Source: Macrostomum lignano (Eukaryota). Taken from it: a DNA stretch of 64,000 nucleotides. The notes under the pieces were generated by a model that was not told the DNA's origin, ran no database searches, and saw only the letters and a list, made by a program, of their open reading frames with translations. The position numbers were made by a program, and so were the translations under genes. The stretch lies in assembly GCA_002269645.1 (NCBI GenBank), contig NIVC01000800.1, positions 124,001 to 188,000 of the forward strand, in the 5' to 3' direction. The first letter of the stretch is position 1, and each line of letters opens with the position of its first letter. This document shows, in pieces, positions 48,894 to 63,994 of the stretch.

Positions 48894-49792
48894 TGTTGTA
48901 TCCCCCTTCCTCGCTGGCACGGCCGGGTTGGGCGACGGGTAGCGGTGTCGGGGTTCGGGTACTGGACTGCCCAGGGCTTACGAGCTCGATCGGCGACCCC
49001 GAGGCGTACGGACACTTCGGGGGGAGGTCAAGGTTGAGAAGTCGAGAGAGAGGGGAGGGGCGGCTGTGGGCGGGCGGCCACTCGACAGCCTGGTGAGTCA
49101 AGGAAGAGAGAGAGGGCTGCGGGCGGTCGGCCACTCGACAGCCTGGTGAGTCAAGGAAAAGAGAGAGGGCTGTGGGCGGGCGGCCACTCGACAGCCTGGT
49201 GAGTCAAGGAAGAGAGAGAGGGCTGCGGGCGGTCGGCCACTCGACAGCCTGGTGAGTCAGACTGAGGAGAGAGTGAGAGAGAGAGAGAGATCAGGAGAGC
49301 GACCCCGAGGAACACAGGCAATTGTCTCGACAGCTTACCGGGCCGGGTCGATTATAGCACTCATACACGGGAAGGCCGATCGATTGCAATAAATTGAGTC
49401 TTCGCAGTAAGAGACCGTCTCTACGGTTGATCGCTGGTCACGTTCGTTTATTTATCGCGGTGGGCGCAAATGGGGCGCAGGCACGGTGAGAAAAGGGGCG
49501 GGGTCTGAGCGTCGCCTTAAATAACGAGTAAAAAGGGGCAGGGGCGCAAACAAGGGGGGGGGAGAAAGGGCTTAAGCAATGGAGCTGATTGACAGCTGGT
49601 TGGCTGCGGCGAGGGGAGGGTGGAAGCGCGCACGGCCAGGGAGAGAGAGAGAGAGCAGAGGCCCAGCCAATCAGCACGGCTAGCCAAAGGGCTAAACAGC
49701 CAAGGCGAGAGAGAGAGAGAAAGAGAGCAGAGGCTCAGCCAAAGGGCTCATAGCTCCAGACTGGCTTGAGCCGGGGGGGGGGGGGGGTAACA
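48894..49792 (-). mobile_element. Possible solo LTR (about 900 bp) containing a 53-bp x4 repeat at 49060-49258
   Basis: Minus strand starts TGTTAC and ends TACAACA; internal TATTTAA and downstream AATAAA; no TSD found. Confidence 0.3.
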
Positions 49793-50550
49793 ATAATCAA
49801 CTACCAAAGTCAACAACTATCAAAGTGCACTTGCACCAGGGGAGCACTGTGACACAGGTCACAACAAAAGCGTATGGGGGGGGCAAGTTCCTGAAAAAGT
49901 GAACATTTTGGTTGTTCGCATTTTCGGGTGCAGGCCGCTGGGGGTGCGTTGAAATCATCAAGCCAAGTTAATGGCCCTTCGTTGTTGGGCAACCAGAAAT
50001 TTCAAATCTTGTTTGTCCTTCCCTAAAGGTTCATAGCTCGTACTCTCGGTGATTCCGATGCAGTGTTTTTCGCGATGCTCCTAGCTGTAGTATAGAAAAA
50101 AATAAGCGCTGTATTAATTCCTAATAAATCATCCTTGCACCTCATTTTGTCTCCGAGTTGCTTTTTTATCCTGGCAACTGTGTATAGTCTTGACTGCTGT
50201 AGGGTCCTTGGTCGATGCTGTAGACTGTTTTAGCCTTTCGTATTCAAGTCTCTCTTTGTTCCTGCAACTCAGCACCCGATGTCCACCTCACCTGCATAAT
50301 CAGCCACTTTCTGCACGCTTAGTAGTGACGAAAGCAAAAATTTAATGCAAAACAACAGGCTTAGCTTTCTAAAATCCGTATAAAAAGTCAATGACTGTCA
50401 TCTACAAAACTGAGTATTTATCATGAATTTTAAAAGGTTGCTAATTGCTTTAGGTCTGTTGGAAAAGTTTTTCTCAAATGTAACTTAACAGCCAGTCTCA
50501 TTTCAGGCAAAGCTTCAGAATACTCCAGCTCGACTAAGCTCAAGTCTTCA

Positions 50551-51348
50551 TTAAAATCCGTAGGCCATGAACTCGCAGATGGTGAGGGCCGTTGGCGGGT
50601 CGCTGCGGCTCACAACTCGAACCCGAGAGCCGAAGGCGCCGCAGGTGAAGTTGGCCACGGAGAACGAAGCGCTGAGCCTCACCTGGTTGCACACGGACCC
50701 GTCAACCAGCAGGTCGAACTTGTTGAGCCTCTCAGCGCAGCAGTCCTGCCTGTTGTGGATGGTGACGAAGGACACGAGAGACGGAGCTGTGAGGCCGGCT
50801 TCCCACCACTCGCTAGCATTGAACTGAGTGTGAGTGCAGGAGTCGGACCACAGAGACTGGCTCGTGTTACCGTCGATGGCTCTGTTGCATGGGTAGAACC
50901 ATGTCGCATCGGTTGAGCTCTGGCTGCAGTCCGCAACAGGCAGCTTCTTGAAATCTGATCGAGAGACGACAAATGAGTTGTACTTCTTAGACACAATGAA
51001 GGAGTTTCAGTAACTATTGGCATAAGAGAGAAACCACCAAAAGTAAGCTAAAGTAGCAGAAACTCACCCAGCACGAAGACGTCGCACGTGCCGGTGCTGA
51101 CCCAGGCGCTGGCATCGTAAAACGCCTGCAAGTCGAACAGCCTACACGCTCCGAGCAGCCAGTAGAAGCCGAAGCAGCCCGGCCTGTGGCTGCACACGAA
51201 GCCACAGCTGATCTCGCTGGGTCCGGGTTGCGAAAGAAACCCCAGAGGAGCGACAGCGCTGCCCGTCCTGGCCGCGGTGAACCGCACATACAGCCTGGCT
51301 GGGCACAATGAAGAAAGCCAGCAAGAAAGTCGCGAGCAGCCAACGCAT
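50551..51348 (-). pseudogene. Secreted PAN/apple-like + F-type (fucolectin) lectin, two exons (51348-51068, 50954-50551), frameshift near 51293
   Basis: Signal peptide MRWLLATFLLAFFIVPSQA; Cys pattern SCGFVCSHRPGCFGF...CRLF; phase-1 intron G|GTGAGT...tcAG|AT; AIDGN plus an exact H-X26-R-Q-D-X4-R fucose-binding motif. Confidence 0.8.
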
Positions 51349-51618
51349 TCTGCAGGCAATTGCAATAAAACAATGAGCGAAGGACGCGGTCGCAAGCTTT
51401 GGCTTCACTCTTTTATTGAAGTGATTGAAGCTGCCTACGCGTGTAGATTAGCATGAAGTTTAGCATGAGTATGTTTTGCAGCGGGCTTGAGTGGAGCGAA
51501 AACAAGCACTTCTCTGCAATAGCTATGATTGAAATTTGCAGAGGCTTCAACAAACGGCGCCATATTCTCAGGCGAACTGCTGTAGTGTAGCTGATGATTG
51601 ACTCGATACGATGAAATT

Positions 51619-52307
51619 CTGGGCCAGCCTCCCAGATCCTCAGTTACTGGGCCAGTCTCCCAGATCCTCAGTTACTGGGCCAGTCTCCCAGATCCTCAGT
51701 TACTGGGCCAGTCTCCCAGATCCTCAGTTACTGGGCCAGTCTCCCAGATCCTCAGTTACTGGGCCAGTCTCCCAGATCCTCAGTTACTGGGCCAGTCTCC
51801 CAGATCCTCAGTTACTGGGCCAGTCTCCCAGATCCTCAGTTACTGGGCCAGTCTCCCAGATCCTCATTTACTGCATGGGCCAGCCTCCCAGATCCTCGGT
51901 TACTGGGCCAGTCTCCCAGATCCTCAGTTACTGGGCCAGTCTCCCAGATCCTCAGTTACTGGGCCAGTCTCCCAGATCCTCAGTTACTGGGCCAGTCTCC
52001 CAGATCCTCAGTTACTGGGCCAGTCTCCCAGATCCTCAGTTACTGCATGGGCCAGCCTCCCAGATCCTCGGTTACTGCATGGGCCAGCCTCCCAGATCCT
52101 CGGTTACTGCATGGGCCAGCCTCCCAGATCCTCGGTTACTGCATGGGCCAGCCTCCCAGATCCTCAGTTACTGCATGGGCCCGCCTCCCAGATCCTCAGT
52201 TGCTGCATGGGCCCGCCTCCCAGATCCTCAGTTACTGGGCCAGTCTCCCAGATCCTCAGTTACTGCATGGGCCCGCCTCCCAGATCCTCAGTTGCTGGGC
52301 CAGCCTT
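51619..52307. repeat. 28/33-bp minisatellite CTGGGCCAGTCTCCCAGATCCTCAGTTA
   Basis: Direct reading. Confidence 0.96.
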
Positions 52308-52405
52308 CTAGAGTGTCAGTTTCTGGGCCAGCGCTCCCTCAAAAGCAGCAGTCGAAAAGCAGCAAAATGCGGCTTTCTGTCCAAGCTTGCAGCCAGTGCT
52401 CCATC

Positions 52406-52564
52406 ATGTCTTCGAGCGCCATTTTCAGTATCCTGAGACGCCAGTTCAGCACCAGCGGCGCCCTCCGCCAGCTCGTGGTGCCGCCAACCCAGGTCTTCGG
52501 GCTGGAGGGCCGCTGCGCCACCGCTCTGTACTCGGCGGCAGTCAAGTCTAAGAAGCTGGAGCAG
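52406..52564 (+). CDS. ATP5PO: ATP synthase subunit O (OSCP) first exon; downstream exons not found in window
   Basis: [17 protein letters not shown] transit peptide, then [31 protein letters not shown]|GTGAGG, matching [27 protein letters not shown]. Confidence 0.8.
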
Positions 52565-52631
52565 GTGAGGCTGCGCGGTCATTGGCAGTTTTTGCTGGCT
52601 CTCAAGCAGTACCGTAGCCGGGGGAGGGGCT

Positions 52632-52918
52632 GACTGACACAGCCTGTCACATGCTGATTGCTGGCATATGTGACTGACACAGCCTGTCACATGCTGATTG
52701 CTGGCATATGTGACTGACACAGCCTGTCACATGCTGATTGCTGGCATATGTGACTGACACAGCCTGTCACATGCTTGATTGCTGGCATATGTGACTGACA
52801 CAGCCTGTCACATGCTGATTGCTGGCATATGTGACTGACACAGCCTGTCACATGCTGATTGCTGGCATATGTGACTGACACAGCCTGTCACATGCTTGAT
52901 TGCTGGCATATGTGACTG
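52632..52918. repeat. 40/41-bp minisatellite, about 7 units
   Basis: GACTGACACAGCCTGTCACATGCT(T)GATTGCTGGCATATGT. Confidence 0.96.
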
Positions 52919-53317
52919 CCAGCTGAGAATGAAATGAGAAAAGGCACGACAGGAAATGGCGGAAAGCAAAAGCAGGACAAGCCAGAGTTGGACAAGGCAA
53001 GATAAAGACAAAGGACAAGGTGATAAAAATAAATAAAAACAGCCAGTATAACACGTCATGTTTGCCTGTAGTGTATTTGCAATATTGGCTGATATGTTGT
53101 TCGAATAAAAACTGCAGTTTTTTATGACATTTTAGTGCAACTTTGGCTGGAGCGGAAATTTTTGGCTTTTGGATTTTCTTGGATTCAAAGCATTTCCTTC
53201 TTAACGTCGAGTTGCAAAATTTCTGACTCTGAAAGCAAAGCCTCTTCTCTTCTCCATCTTAGGGTGACCGCACCAGATCGAAGAAGCTGCGGATCTCAGC
53301 CTCCGTCATCGTGTCGT

Positions 53318-54202
53318 TCATGAGGGCCACCGCTGCCGCGCCTTCGCGAGTCGCCAGGTCGGAATCCCAAGCAGATGCAGCGGCACGGCAGCGGCATGAC
53401 AGCGTTTTGCGAACCCGGAGTTGGAGAAGAAGTCGCGGCTTGACGGAGACGCCGAAGTGAAGCCGACCTCAACGAATCCGTTCGGGTCAAACGAGTTTGT
53501 GGCCGGAGATGTGGAGTACTCATAGTCAGATGAAGCTCTCCTGAAAAACCCGCACAAAGAACTGTGGAGTTACAGTTGTAGGATTCGATCACCGTTGCCG
53601 CCACTCGGACAGTCCGCTTGAGCCTGAGCAGTCACGTGAGTCCCTGCTGCACGCTCGCGAGCTCCACGTTCTCCAGCCACATCTTGGACGACACTCCGTC
53701 GAGCTTGGCTCCCTCGCTGCTCCACTCCACATTCTCCGACATCCACTGCTGCGTCTGGCCGCACACCAAGTTGCTCCTGCTGGCGTCCGCATCGTCGCTC
53801 ATCATCCAGGCGGCCCTCAGCTTCGAGCCCACACCCAGCATGAGCTTCCTGCTCAAGGTGAGGAACTTGGCGGCTCTGGCATTGGCGAATGCGGCACAGC
53901 GGCGGGACTGCGAGCTCTCTGCAGCAGCGAGTCCATCGATGAGGTGGCACACTGCGGGTGTCCGAGTCGAACTGGGCCACCTGCAGGCCGGTCGAGGCGC
54001 CGTAGAACAGGGCGACCAGGATGAGGCACTTGCTGATGCTGGCCGGAGTCTGGGCCGCCCGTACTGTCAGATTCTCAGGCAGGCACTGCGGGCTGCTCAA
54101 GCGGTGCCATGAGCTGGGCAGGCTCTTGCAGTGGACCAGCTGGGCCAGGCAGGCCGCTGCGAGCAGAGCGGAGACTGGAATAGCGATGAAGCTGGTTGCC
54201 AT
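53318..54202 (-). pseudogene. Secreted PAN-like + degenerate F-type/discoidin-like protein, multiple frameshifts and stops
   Basis: Signal-like MATSFIAIPVSALLAAACLAQLVHC; SISKCLIL...FDSDTRS/CHL spans a frameshift near 53951; CGQTQ...EW...VSSKMWLEN resembles the F-type domain at 50551; SSDYEYSTSPATNSFD segment in another frame. Confidence 0.5.
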
Positions 54203-54543
54203 GCTGGCTGCAGTGCGATATTGCGGATGCGAGGGCTCGGGATGAGGCAGGCGGCAGAAATCCCGCATACAGTAAAATTTATCCTGCTCCCGCTGTTGAG
54301 CTCAGTCGCCCCTGGCAACCAGCTGCTGTCCAAGCCGTCAGCTCAGACTGCAGCCACCCCAGCCCCTCCGATGTGGATGAAGAGCGAGATCTGACAAATG
54401 GGGAAGGCGGGTCGCTTTTTATTGTAGTGGAGGATGATCACTCCTCAGAGAGCCAATTTTTTAGTAAAAATGAAAAACTGACCAGCCTACACTTGTCCAA
54501 ACATTAACAGGATTTGAGGAAGAGCATTGCCGGCACTCAAGGC

Positions 54544-54840
54544 GCTGGCTCTAGATCTCCTTGGCTGGCTTCAGATCTCCAATTGGCTGGCTCTAGATCT
54601 CCTTGGCTGGCTCTAGATCTCCTTGGCTGGCTCTAGATCTCCTTGGCTGGCTCTAGATCTCCTTGGCTGGCTTCAGATCTCCAATTGGCTGGCTCTAGAT
54701 CTCCTTGGCTGGCTCTAGATCTTCTTGGCTGGCTCTAGATCTCCTTGGCTGGCTCTAGATCTCCTTGGCTGGCTCCAGATCTCCTTGGCTGGCTCTAGAT
54801 CTCCTTGGCTGGCTCCAGATCTCCTTGGCTGGCTCCAGAG
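54544..54840. repeat. 20-bp minisatellite GCTGGCTCTAGATCTCCTTG
   Basis: Direct reading. Confidence 0.95.
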
Positions 54841-56137
54841 TGGCAGGCAGGCAGATGGCCCATGGCTCGTGGCCACCTCAGTAGCTCACATACGCAAAAT
54901 GAAAAAATATCAATGATAGACCTGTTGCATCCGCAAAACAGGTCTACACAGGAGAATGCCAAGTGGCAATGCCAGGCTTCAGCAATCCAGTCTGCATCTT
55001 GTTGCAGATTTTATTGACTCCAAGGACTACTCAAGTAGAGCTTCTGGAGGAATTTCTTCTGATGGGAAGCTCGCCCAATCAATGCCTTTCTTACAGCTCT
55101 ATTCATATTCATAGAGCTTTTCTTTTATGAAATTAGGATTCTATGTTAAGTTTGTCTCACGTACATTTCCTGTACGTAAAAATCATATTGTAGAAATGCA
55201 TGGCAAAACTCGGCTCACTGGCTTTATGAATCTATTCTATCATATCTCTCTATCATCTCAATGTTGGACTTTCAGTTTGAGCGTGAAACAATGGTCTTAT
55301 GAATGGGCGGAACCATGGGCCCTGAAGCGACATCTGTGCAAATACGGGGGGGGCACTACGAAGCAGGTTGGCACAAAATCACACCGTGACCCAATTTAAT
55401 AAGCCAGCTCTCTCACCGCGACCCCGCAGTTCGATTCGGTGCACACGAAGATTCATCGATGGGCTTGTAGAGATCTCCAAAATAAAGTACAAAGTAAGCT
55501 ACTATAAGTAGTAACTCAAAAGTGCGAAAAACTCAAAATCTAAAAATGCCAAATGGTCACACTATTTTTAAGACCTCGAAACGAACGAATGATTATTTTG
55601 GCAACATTTAAATTTAGAACTCCGAATATGGTAATTAATGCTTGAAATCTATTGTACGAGTATTTGCAAGAATTCTATTCAATTTTCAAAGGGTCAAATT
55701 TCCAAAACGTGAAACCGTCACCTACCCAAAATAACCTGATTCTCGCAAGATTTTCCTATAAATGCAAGCCAAAATCTGAGCTAAAAATCTCAGACTCGGA
55801 GCAGCCTCTAAAGATCTTAAGCTTGCGGGAGAAGCTAATCGAGGCTACATCTCTGAGGGAGACAAATACTGTTCGGGAAGCCTTTGTTCGAGCCTGTGTT
55901 ATTTGATTGGTTGAGAGCGATTTATTGCCGGTCGTTGATTTAACTGAGTTTATTGAATTTGAGGCCTCCCATTTTCCTAAGGGATTGGATAGGATCTGGG
56001 GACCGATTTCGATACCCCAAAAGGATTATCGATTGATTGATTTGGATTATCCTAGAGTAACCGATAGGAGCACACTACTCCGATTTCGTTATTTCTAGAA
56101 GAAGACGCCCTTTCTGGAGGACCTCGTTATTGTTATA

Positions 56138-56274
56138 TTGATTTCTGCCCTCGAGGAATATATTGATTTCTGCACTCGATGAATATATTGATTTCTGCAC
56201 TCGATGAATATATTGATTTCTGCACTCGAGGAATACATTGATTTCTGCACTCGAGGAATGTATTGATTTCTGCA
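56138..56274. repeat. 25-bp minisatellite, about 5 units
   Basis: TATTGATTTCTGCACTCGA(T/G)GAATA. Confidence 0.9.
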
Positions 56275-56594
56275 GCTTTTCTTGCAGCTTGACACAAAAA
56301 GAACTCAAATTTCTAGAGGCAGATTTCTAAATTCAAAGTTCATTAGCAACAGCCAGCTTCGCCTGTTTGTTTGTTTATTGATAACGCCATGAAAATGCAC
56401 AAGTCAAAGATGCAGCAATTTAGGGAAATTTATTAATTAGACTTACAAAATTCACGAGCTCAGTACAAATGATTCCCAACATTGCTTGAGTTATTACGGT
56501 TAATATTTTAGTAACTAAAATTTCGGGTGAATAACACTATAAAAAGTACTTTATAATGATTTTTAACCAAACCGGGTTTTTACACGCCCAGTGC

Positions 56595-57136
<542 letters not shown>

Positions 57137-57159
57137 TCATTGGAAAGGAGATAAAGGGG

Positions 57160-57525
57160 AGGCGGAGGGTACGAGGAGGGGATGATGGAGGGTAAGAGGA
57201 GGGGATGATGGAGGGTAAGAGGAGGGGATGATGGAGGGTAAGAGGAGGGGATGATGGAGGGTAAGAGGAGGGGCTGATGGAGGAAACGAGGAGGGGATTA
57301 TGGAGGGTAAGAGGAGGGGAAAGGAGGGTAAGAGGAGGGGATGATGGAGGGTAAGAGGAGGGGATGATGGAGGGTAAGAGGAGGGGATGATGGAGGGTAA
57401 GAGGAGGGGATGATGGAGGGTAAGAGGAGGGGATGATGGAGGGTAAGAAAAGGGGATGGCGGAGGGTAAGAGGAGGGGATGATGGAGGGTAAGAAAAGGG
57501 GATGGCGGAGGGTAAGAGGAGGGGA
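57160..57525. repeat. 23-bp GA-rich minisatellite
   Basis: GATGATGGAGGGTAAGAGGAGGG. Confidence 0.95.
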
Positions 57526-57824
57526 GGGTAATATAATGCAATGAAATAAATGACAAAGTAGGTTACCAATGGTAAAAAAGCAAGGTGAAAAAAGTAATCT
57601 GATAAAGTGTCACAAAATCTGTGTTTGAATTTTTTAGTCTCACAGCTGATTGCGCAAAAATGGAAGAGTGAAAATAAAAAATAATGTAACTGGACATTTT
57701 TAGAACAATAACTCTATTTAGAAGATTTTCAGCAACCGATCACCTTAAAGCACCAGATAATGCCAATAAGGTCATGTGAAGATTGAATCTGAATAATAAT
57801 TAAATACCATTTAGATTGCTCTCG

Positions 57825-58995
57825 CCTCCAGTGCTCTCAATCTCGCTCTAGTGCTCACAATCTCACTCCATTGCCTCCAATCTCACTCCAGTGCTCAAAA
57901 TCTCACTCCAGTGCTCTCAATCTCGCTCTAGTGCTCACAATCTCACTCTAATGCTCACAATCTCACTCCAGTGCTCACAATCTCACTCTAGTGCTCACAA
58001 TCTCACTCTAGTGCTCACAATCTCACTCTAGTGCTCACATTCTCACTCTAGTGCTCACAATCTCACTTCAGTGCTCACAATCTCACTCTAGTGCTCACAA
58101 TCTCACTCCATTGCCTCCAATCTCACTCCAGTGCTCAAAATCTCACTCCAGTGCTCTCAATCTCGCTCTAGTGCTCTCAATCTCGCTCTAGTGCTCACAA
58201 TCTCACTCTAATGCTCACAATCTCACTCCAGTGCTCACAATCTCACTCTAATGCTCACAATCTCACTCTAGTGCTCACAATCTCACTCTAGTGCTCACAA
58301 TCTCACTCTAGTGCTCACAATCTCACTCCAGTGCTCACAATCTCACTCTAGTGCTCACAATCTCACTCCATTGCCTCCAATCTCACTCCAGTGCTCAAAA
58401 TCTCACTCCAGTGCTCTCAATCTCGCTCTAGTGCTCACAATCTCACTCTAATGCTCACAATCTCACTCTAGTGCTCACAATCTCACTCTAGTACTCACAA
58501 TCTCACTCTAGTACTCACAATCTCACTCTAGTGCTCACAATCTCACTCTAATGCTCAAAAACTCACTCCAGTGCTCACAATCTAACTACATTGCCTCCAA
58601 TCTCACTCCAGTGCTCACAATCTCACTCCATTGCCCCCAATCTCACTCCAGTGCTCACAATCTCACTCCATTGCCTCCAATCTCACTCCAGTGCTCAAAA
58701 TCTCACTCCAGTGCTCTCAATCTCGCTCTAGTGCTCACAATCTCACTCTAATGCTCACAATCTCACTCCAGTGCTCACAATCTCACTCTAATGCTCACAA
58801 TCTCACTCTAGTGCTCACAATCTCACTCTAGTGCTCACAATCTCACTCTAGTGCTCACAATCTCACTCCATTGCCTCCAATCTCACTCCAGTGCTCACAA
58901 TCTCACTTCATTGCCTCCAATCTCACTCCAGTGCCCCTAATCTCACTTCAGTGCTCAAAATCTCACTCCAGTACTTACAATATCACTCTAGTGCT
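57825..58995. repeat. 20-bp minisatellite TCTCACTC(T/C)AGTGCTCACAA, about 58 units
   Basis: Direct reading. Confidence 0.97.
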
Positions 58996-59014
58996 CATGC
59001 TCAGCCCTACTCCC

Positions 59015-60238
<1,224 letters not shown>

Positions 60239-60324
60239 CCTCAGCTCACTGCAACATGCGGCTGCATGGTGCGGGCTGGTGATGGGGGACAAAGGTCTGT
60301 TGCTGCTAGACTAGAGCTAGGGGG

Positions 60325-61430
60325 ACAAGGCAGAGGGGAATAGGACAAGACAGATGGGGAGAAGACAAGACAGATGGGGAGAGGACAAGGCAGATGGAGA
60401 GAGGACAAGGAAGATGGGGGAGGACAAGGCAGATGGGAAGAGGACAAGGCAGATGGGGAGAGGACAAGGGAGATGGGGAGAGGACAAGGGAGATGAGGAG
60501 AGGACAAGACAGATGGAGAGAGGACAAGGCAGGTGGGGAGAGGACAAGACAGATGGGGAGAGGACAAGGCAGGTGGGGAGAGGACAAGGCAGATGGGGGA
60601 GGACAAGACAGATGGGGAGAGGACAAGGCAGATGGAGAGAGGACAAGGCAGGTGGGGAGAGGACAAGGCAGATGGGAAGAGGACAAGGCAGAGGGGAATA
60701 GGACAAGACAGATGGGGAGAGGACAAGGCAGATGGAGAGAGGACAAGACAGGTGGGGAGAGGACAAGGCAGATGGGGAGAGGACAAGGCAGATGGAGAGA
60801 GGACAAGACAGGTGGGGAGAGGACAAGGCAGATGGGGAGAGGACAAGGCAGAGGGGAATAGGACAAGACAGATGGGGAGAGGACAAGGCAGATGGAGAGA
60901 GGACAAGGCAGATGGGGGAGGACAAGGCAGATGGGAAGAGGACAAGGCAGATGGGGAGAGGACAAGGGAGATGGGGAGAGGACAAGGGAGATGAGGAGAG
61001 GACAAGACAGATGGAGAGAGGACAAGGCAGGTGGGGAGAGGACAAGGCAGATGGGGAGAGGACAAGGCAGGTGGGGAGAGGACAAGGCAGATGGGGGAGG
61101 ACAAGACAGATGGGGAGAGGACAAGGCAGGTGGGAAGAGGACAAGGGAGATGAGGAGAGGACAAGGCAGGTGGGGAGAGGACAAGGCAGATGGGGGAGGA
61201 CAAGACAGATGGGGAGAGGACAAGGCAGATGGAGAGAGGACAAGGGAGATAGGGAGAGGACAAGGCAGGTGGGGAGAGGACAAGACAGATGGGGAGAGGA
61301 CAAGGCAGGTGGGGAGAGGACAAGGCAGATGGAGAGAGGACAAGGCAGGTGGGGAGAGGACAAGGCAGGTGGGGAGAGGACAAGGGAGATAGGGAGAGGA
61401 CACGGCAGATGGGAAGAGGACAAGGCAGAG
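60325..61430. repeat. 20-bp GA-rich minisatellite GAGGACAAGGCAGATGGGGA, about 55 units
   Basis: Direct reading. Confidence 0.97.
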
Positions 61431-62029
61431 AAGCCACAGCTAGCACTATTATCACACAAAAAAAAAATAGCAGACACCCATTTGCTAATAAAAGGCATGC
61501 ATTCTTACACACTCAATATATTTAAAAGACAAGCTTAGTTCATGATTTTGCAATAAAACTCAAACAATGAGTTAACAACTGATTCGTAAATAGCTAGAAA
61601 GGATACAAACATCGAGTGAGAAAAAACAAAATTAAAATTGTATACTTTAAAATTGACATTAGAAACGTGAAAATGAAAATAATTTGAAACAGAACTGACA
61701 AAGACAATTCGAATTGAATTCAGATTGGTTAACGGTAAACTACCGTAATAGAAGTGAAATACGTAGTTTCCGCATAAAAATAAGGCATTGATAAGCATTG
61801 ATTGCTACGTAATAAACGTCAGCAGGGTATGGAGAAAATTAAAGTCTACTTGATAAACAGTAAAAATTATAACTGATTGATTGACTGATTGTATGCAAAT
61901 AAATAAGCTCTTTTGATGTAGTAAGCACAATAGTATGTAGTTCAGGCTATACTAAATGATACTAAGATGGTTTATAAAGCGATGTGTATAGATAAATGTT
62001 CACCCTGATAATTTCAATCAACTGCCCAG

Positions 62030-62285
62030 AATGTACGCACTGGGCTGGGGGGACGGAAGGGAGGGGCCGAGAGTGTACACACTCGGCTAGGCTGGGGGAA
62101 GGGAGGGAGGGGTTGACACACTGGGCTGGGCTGTGGGAGAGAGAAGGGGTTGAGTGTACACACTAGCCTGGGCTGGGGGACGGGAGGGAGGGGTTGAGGG
62201 TGTACATACTGGGGTGGGCTGGGGGGACGGAAGGGAGGGGTTGAGAATGTACGCACTGGCTGGGGGGGCGGAAGGGAGGGGTTGA
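62030..62285. repeat. Degenerate about 40-bp G-rich repeat
   Basis: GTAC(G/A)CACT(G)GGCTGGGGGGACGGAAGGGAGGGGTTGAG-like units. Confidence 0.8.
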
Positions 62286-62899
62286 GAATTTATGGTGAAA
62301 ACTTTTGAAGCAAATAACATAATAGCGTAATTAGGATATAATTTACAGTAGTAGCAGGATGTGCACTTCAAAAAAGCATATACGAATACTTTACCATATA
62401 TACAGAAGATATACTGCCTGTAAGCTAATGCGAAATAAACATAAACAGAAAAAGTGGAGAGAACATGTACAGATGCAGGTAGATGCTCAGTGCCAAAGGT
62501 AGGTTTAATAAGCGACGAACGCAACAGAGAGAGCGAATATTAAAGCATTAATAAAAGGCCATTCAAGCAAAAATTCTTGCTAACCTAACAAGCTATAAAC
62601 AAAAAACTAATAACAATTGTGATTAAAAATCGATTTGTACACACGGTTAGAAGTGAAACAAAAGAAACAAATGAGGCCTGGCAAAAAGCGAAAACAAACA
62701 CAATTTAACTTCCGCATTTGGTCCACACAAAATAAAAAAACTTGAAACAAAGTATTAAGGTTTCGCTGCACAGAAGCTGACAAATTGAAGTTAAGTGAGT
62801 ATGCTTGCATTGAAATAACAGCAGACTTTATTTAGCAGAGCACAAATCAACAAGATGGTCAGATAATGCACCACCTGCGATGGCTCTAACAGCTGCCAA

Positions 62900-63290
62900 C
62901 TGTCACTGTAACACCCCACAGAAACTATAGAAATGTCACTGTAACACCCCATAGAAACTAGCAATGTCACTGTAACACCCCATAGAAACTAGCAATGTCA
63001 CTGTAACACCCCATAGAAACTAGCAATGTCACTGTAACACCCCATAGAAACTAGCAATGTCACTGTAACACCCCATAGAAACTAGCAATGTCACTGTAAC
63101 ACCCCATAGAAACTAGCAATGTCACTGTAACACCCCAGAGAAACTAGCAATGTCACTGTAACACCCCACAGAAACTAGAAGTCACTGTAACACCCCACAG
63201 AAACTAGAAGTCACTGTAACACCCCAGAGAAACTAGCAATGTCACTGTAACACCCCACAGAAACTATAGAAATGTCACTGTAACACCCAA
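62900..63290. repeat. 31-bp minisatellite GCAATGTCACTGTAACACCCCATAGAAACTA, about 12 units
   Basis: Direct reading. Confidence 0.96.
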
Positions 63291-63310
63291 GCGGTGCCCA
63301 GAAGCCATGC

Positions 63311-63994
<684 letters not shown>

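Noticed and set aside
52632-52918. Structured ncRNA array (TGACA-CAGCC-TGTCA hairpins)
   Set aside because: Stems are only 5-6 bp and there are no Pol III or other ncRNA motifs; treated as an intronic minisatellite.
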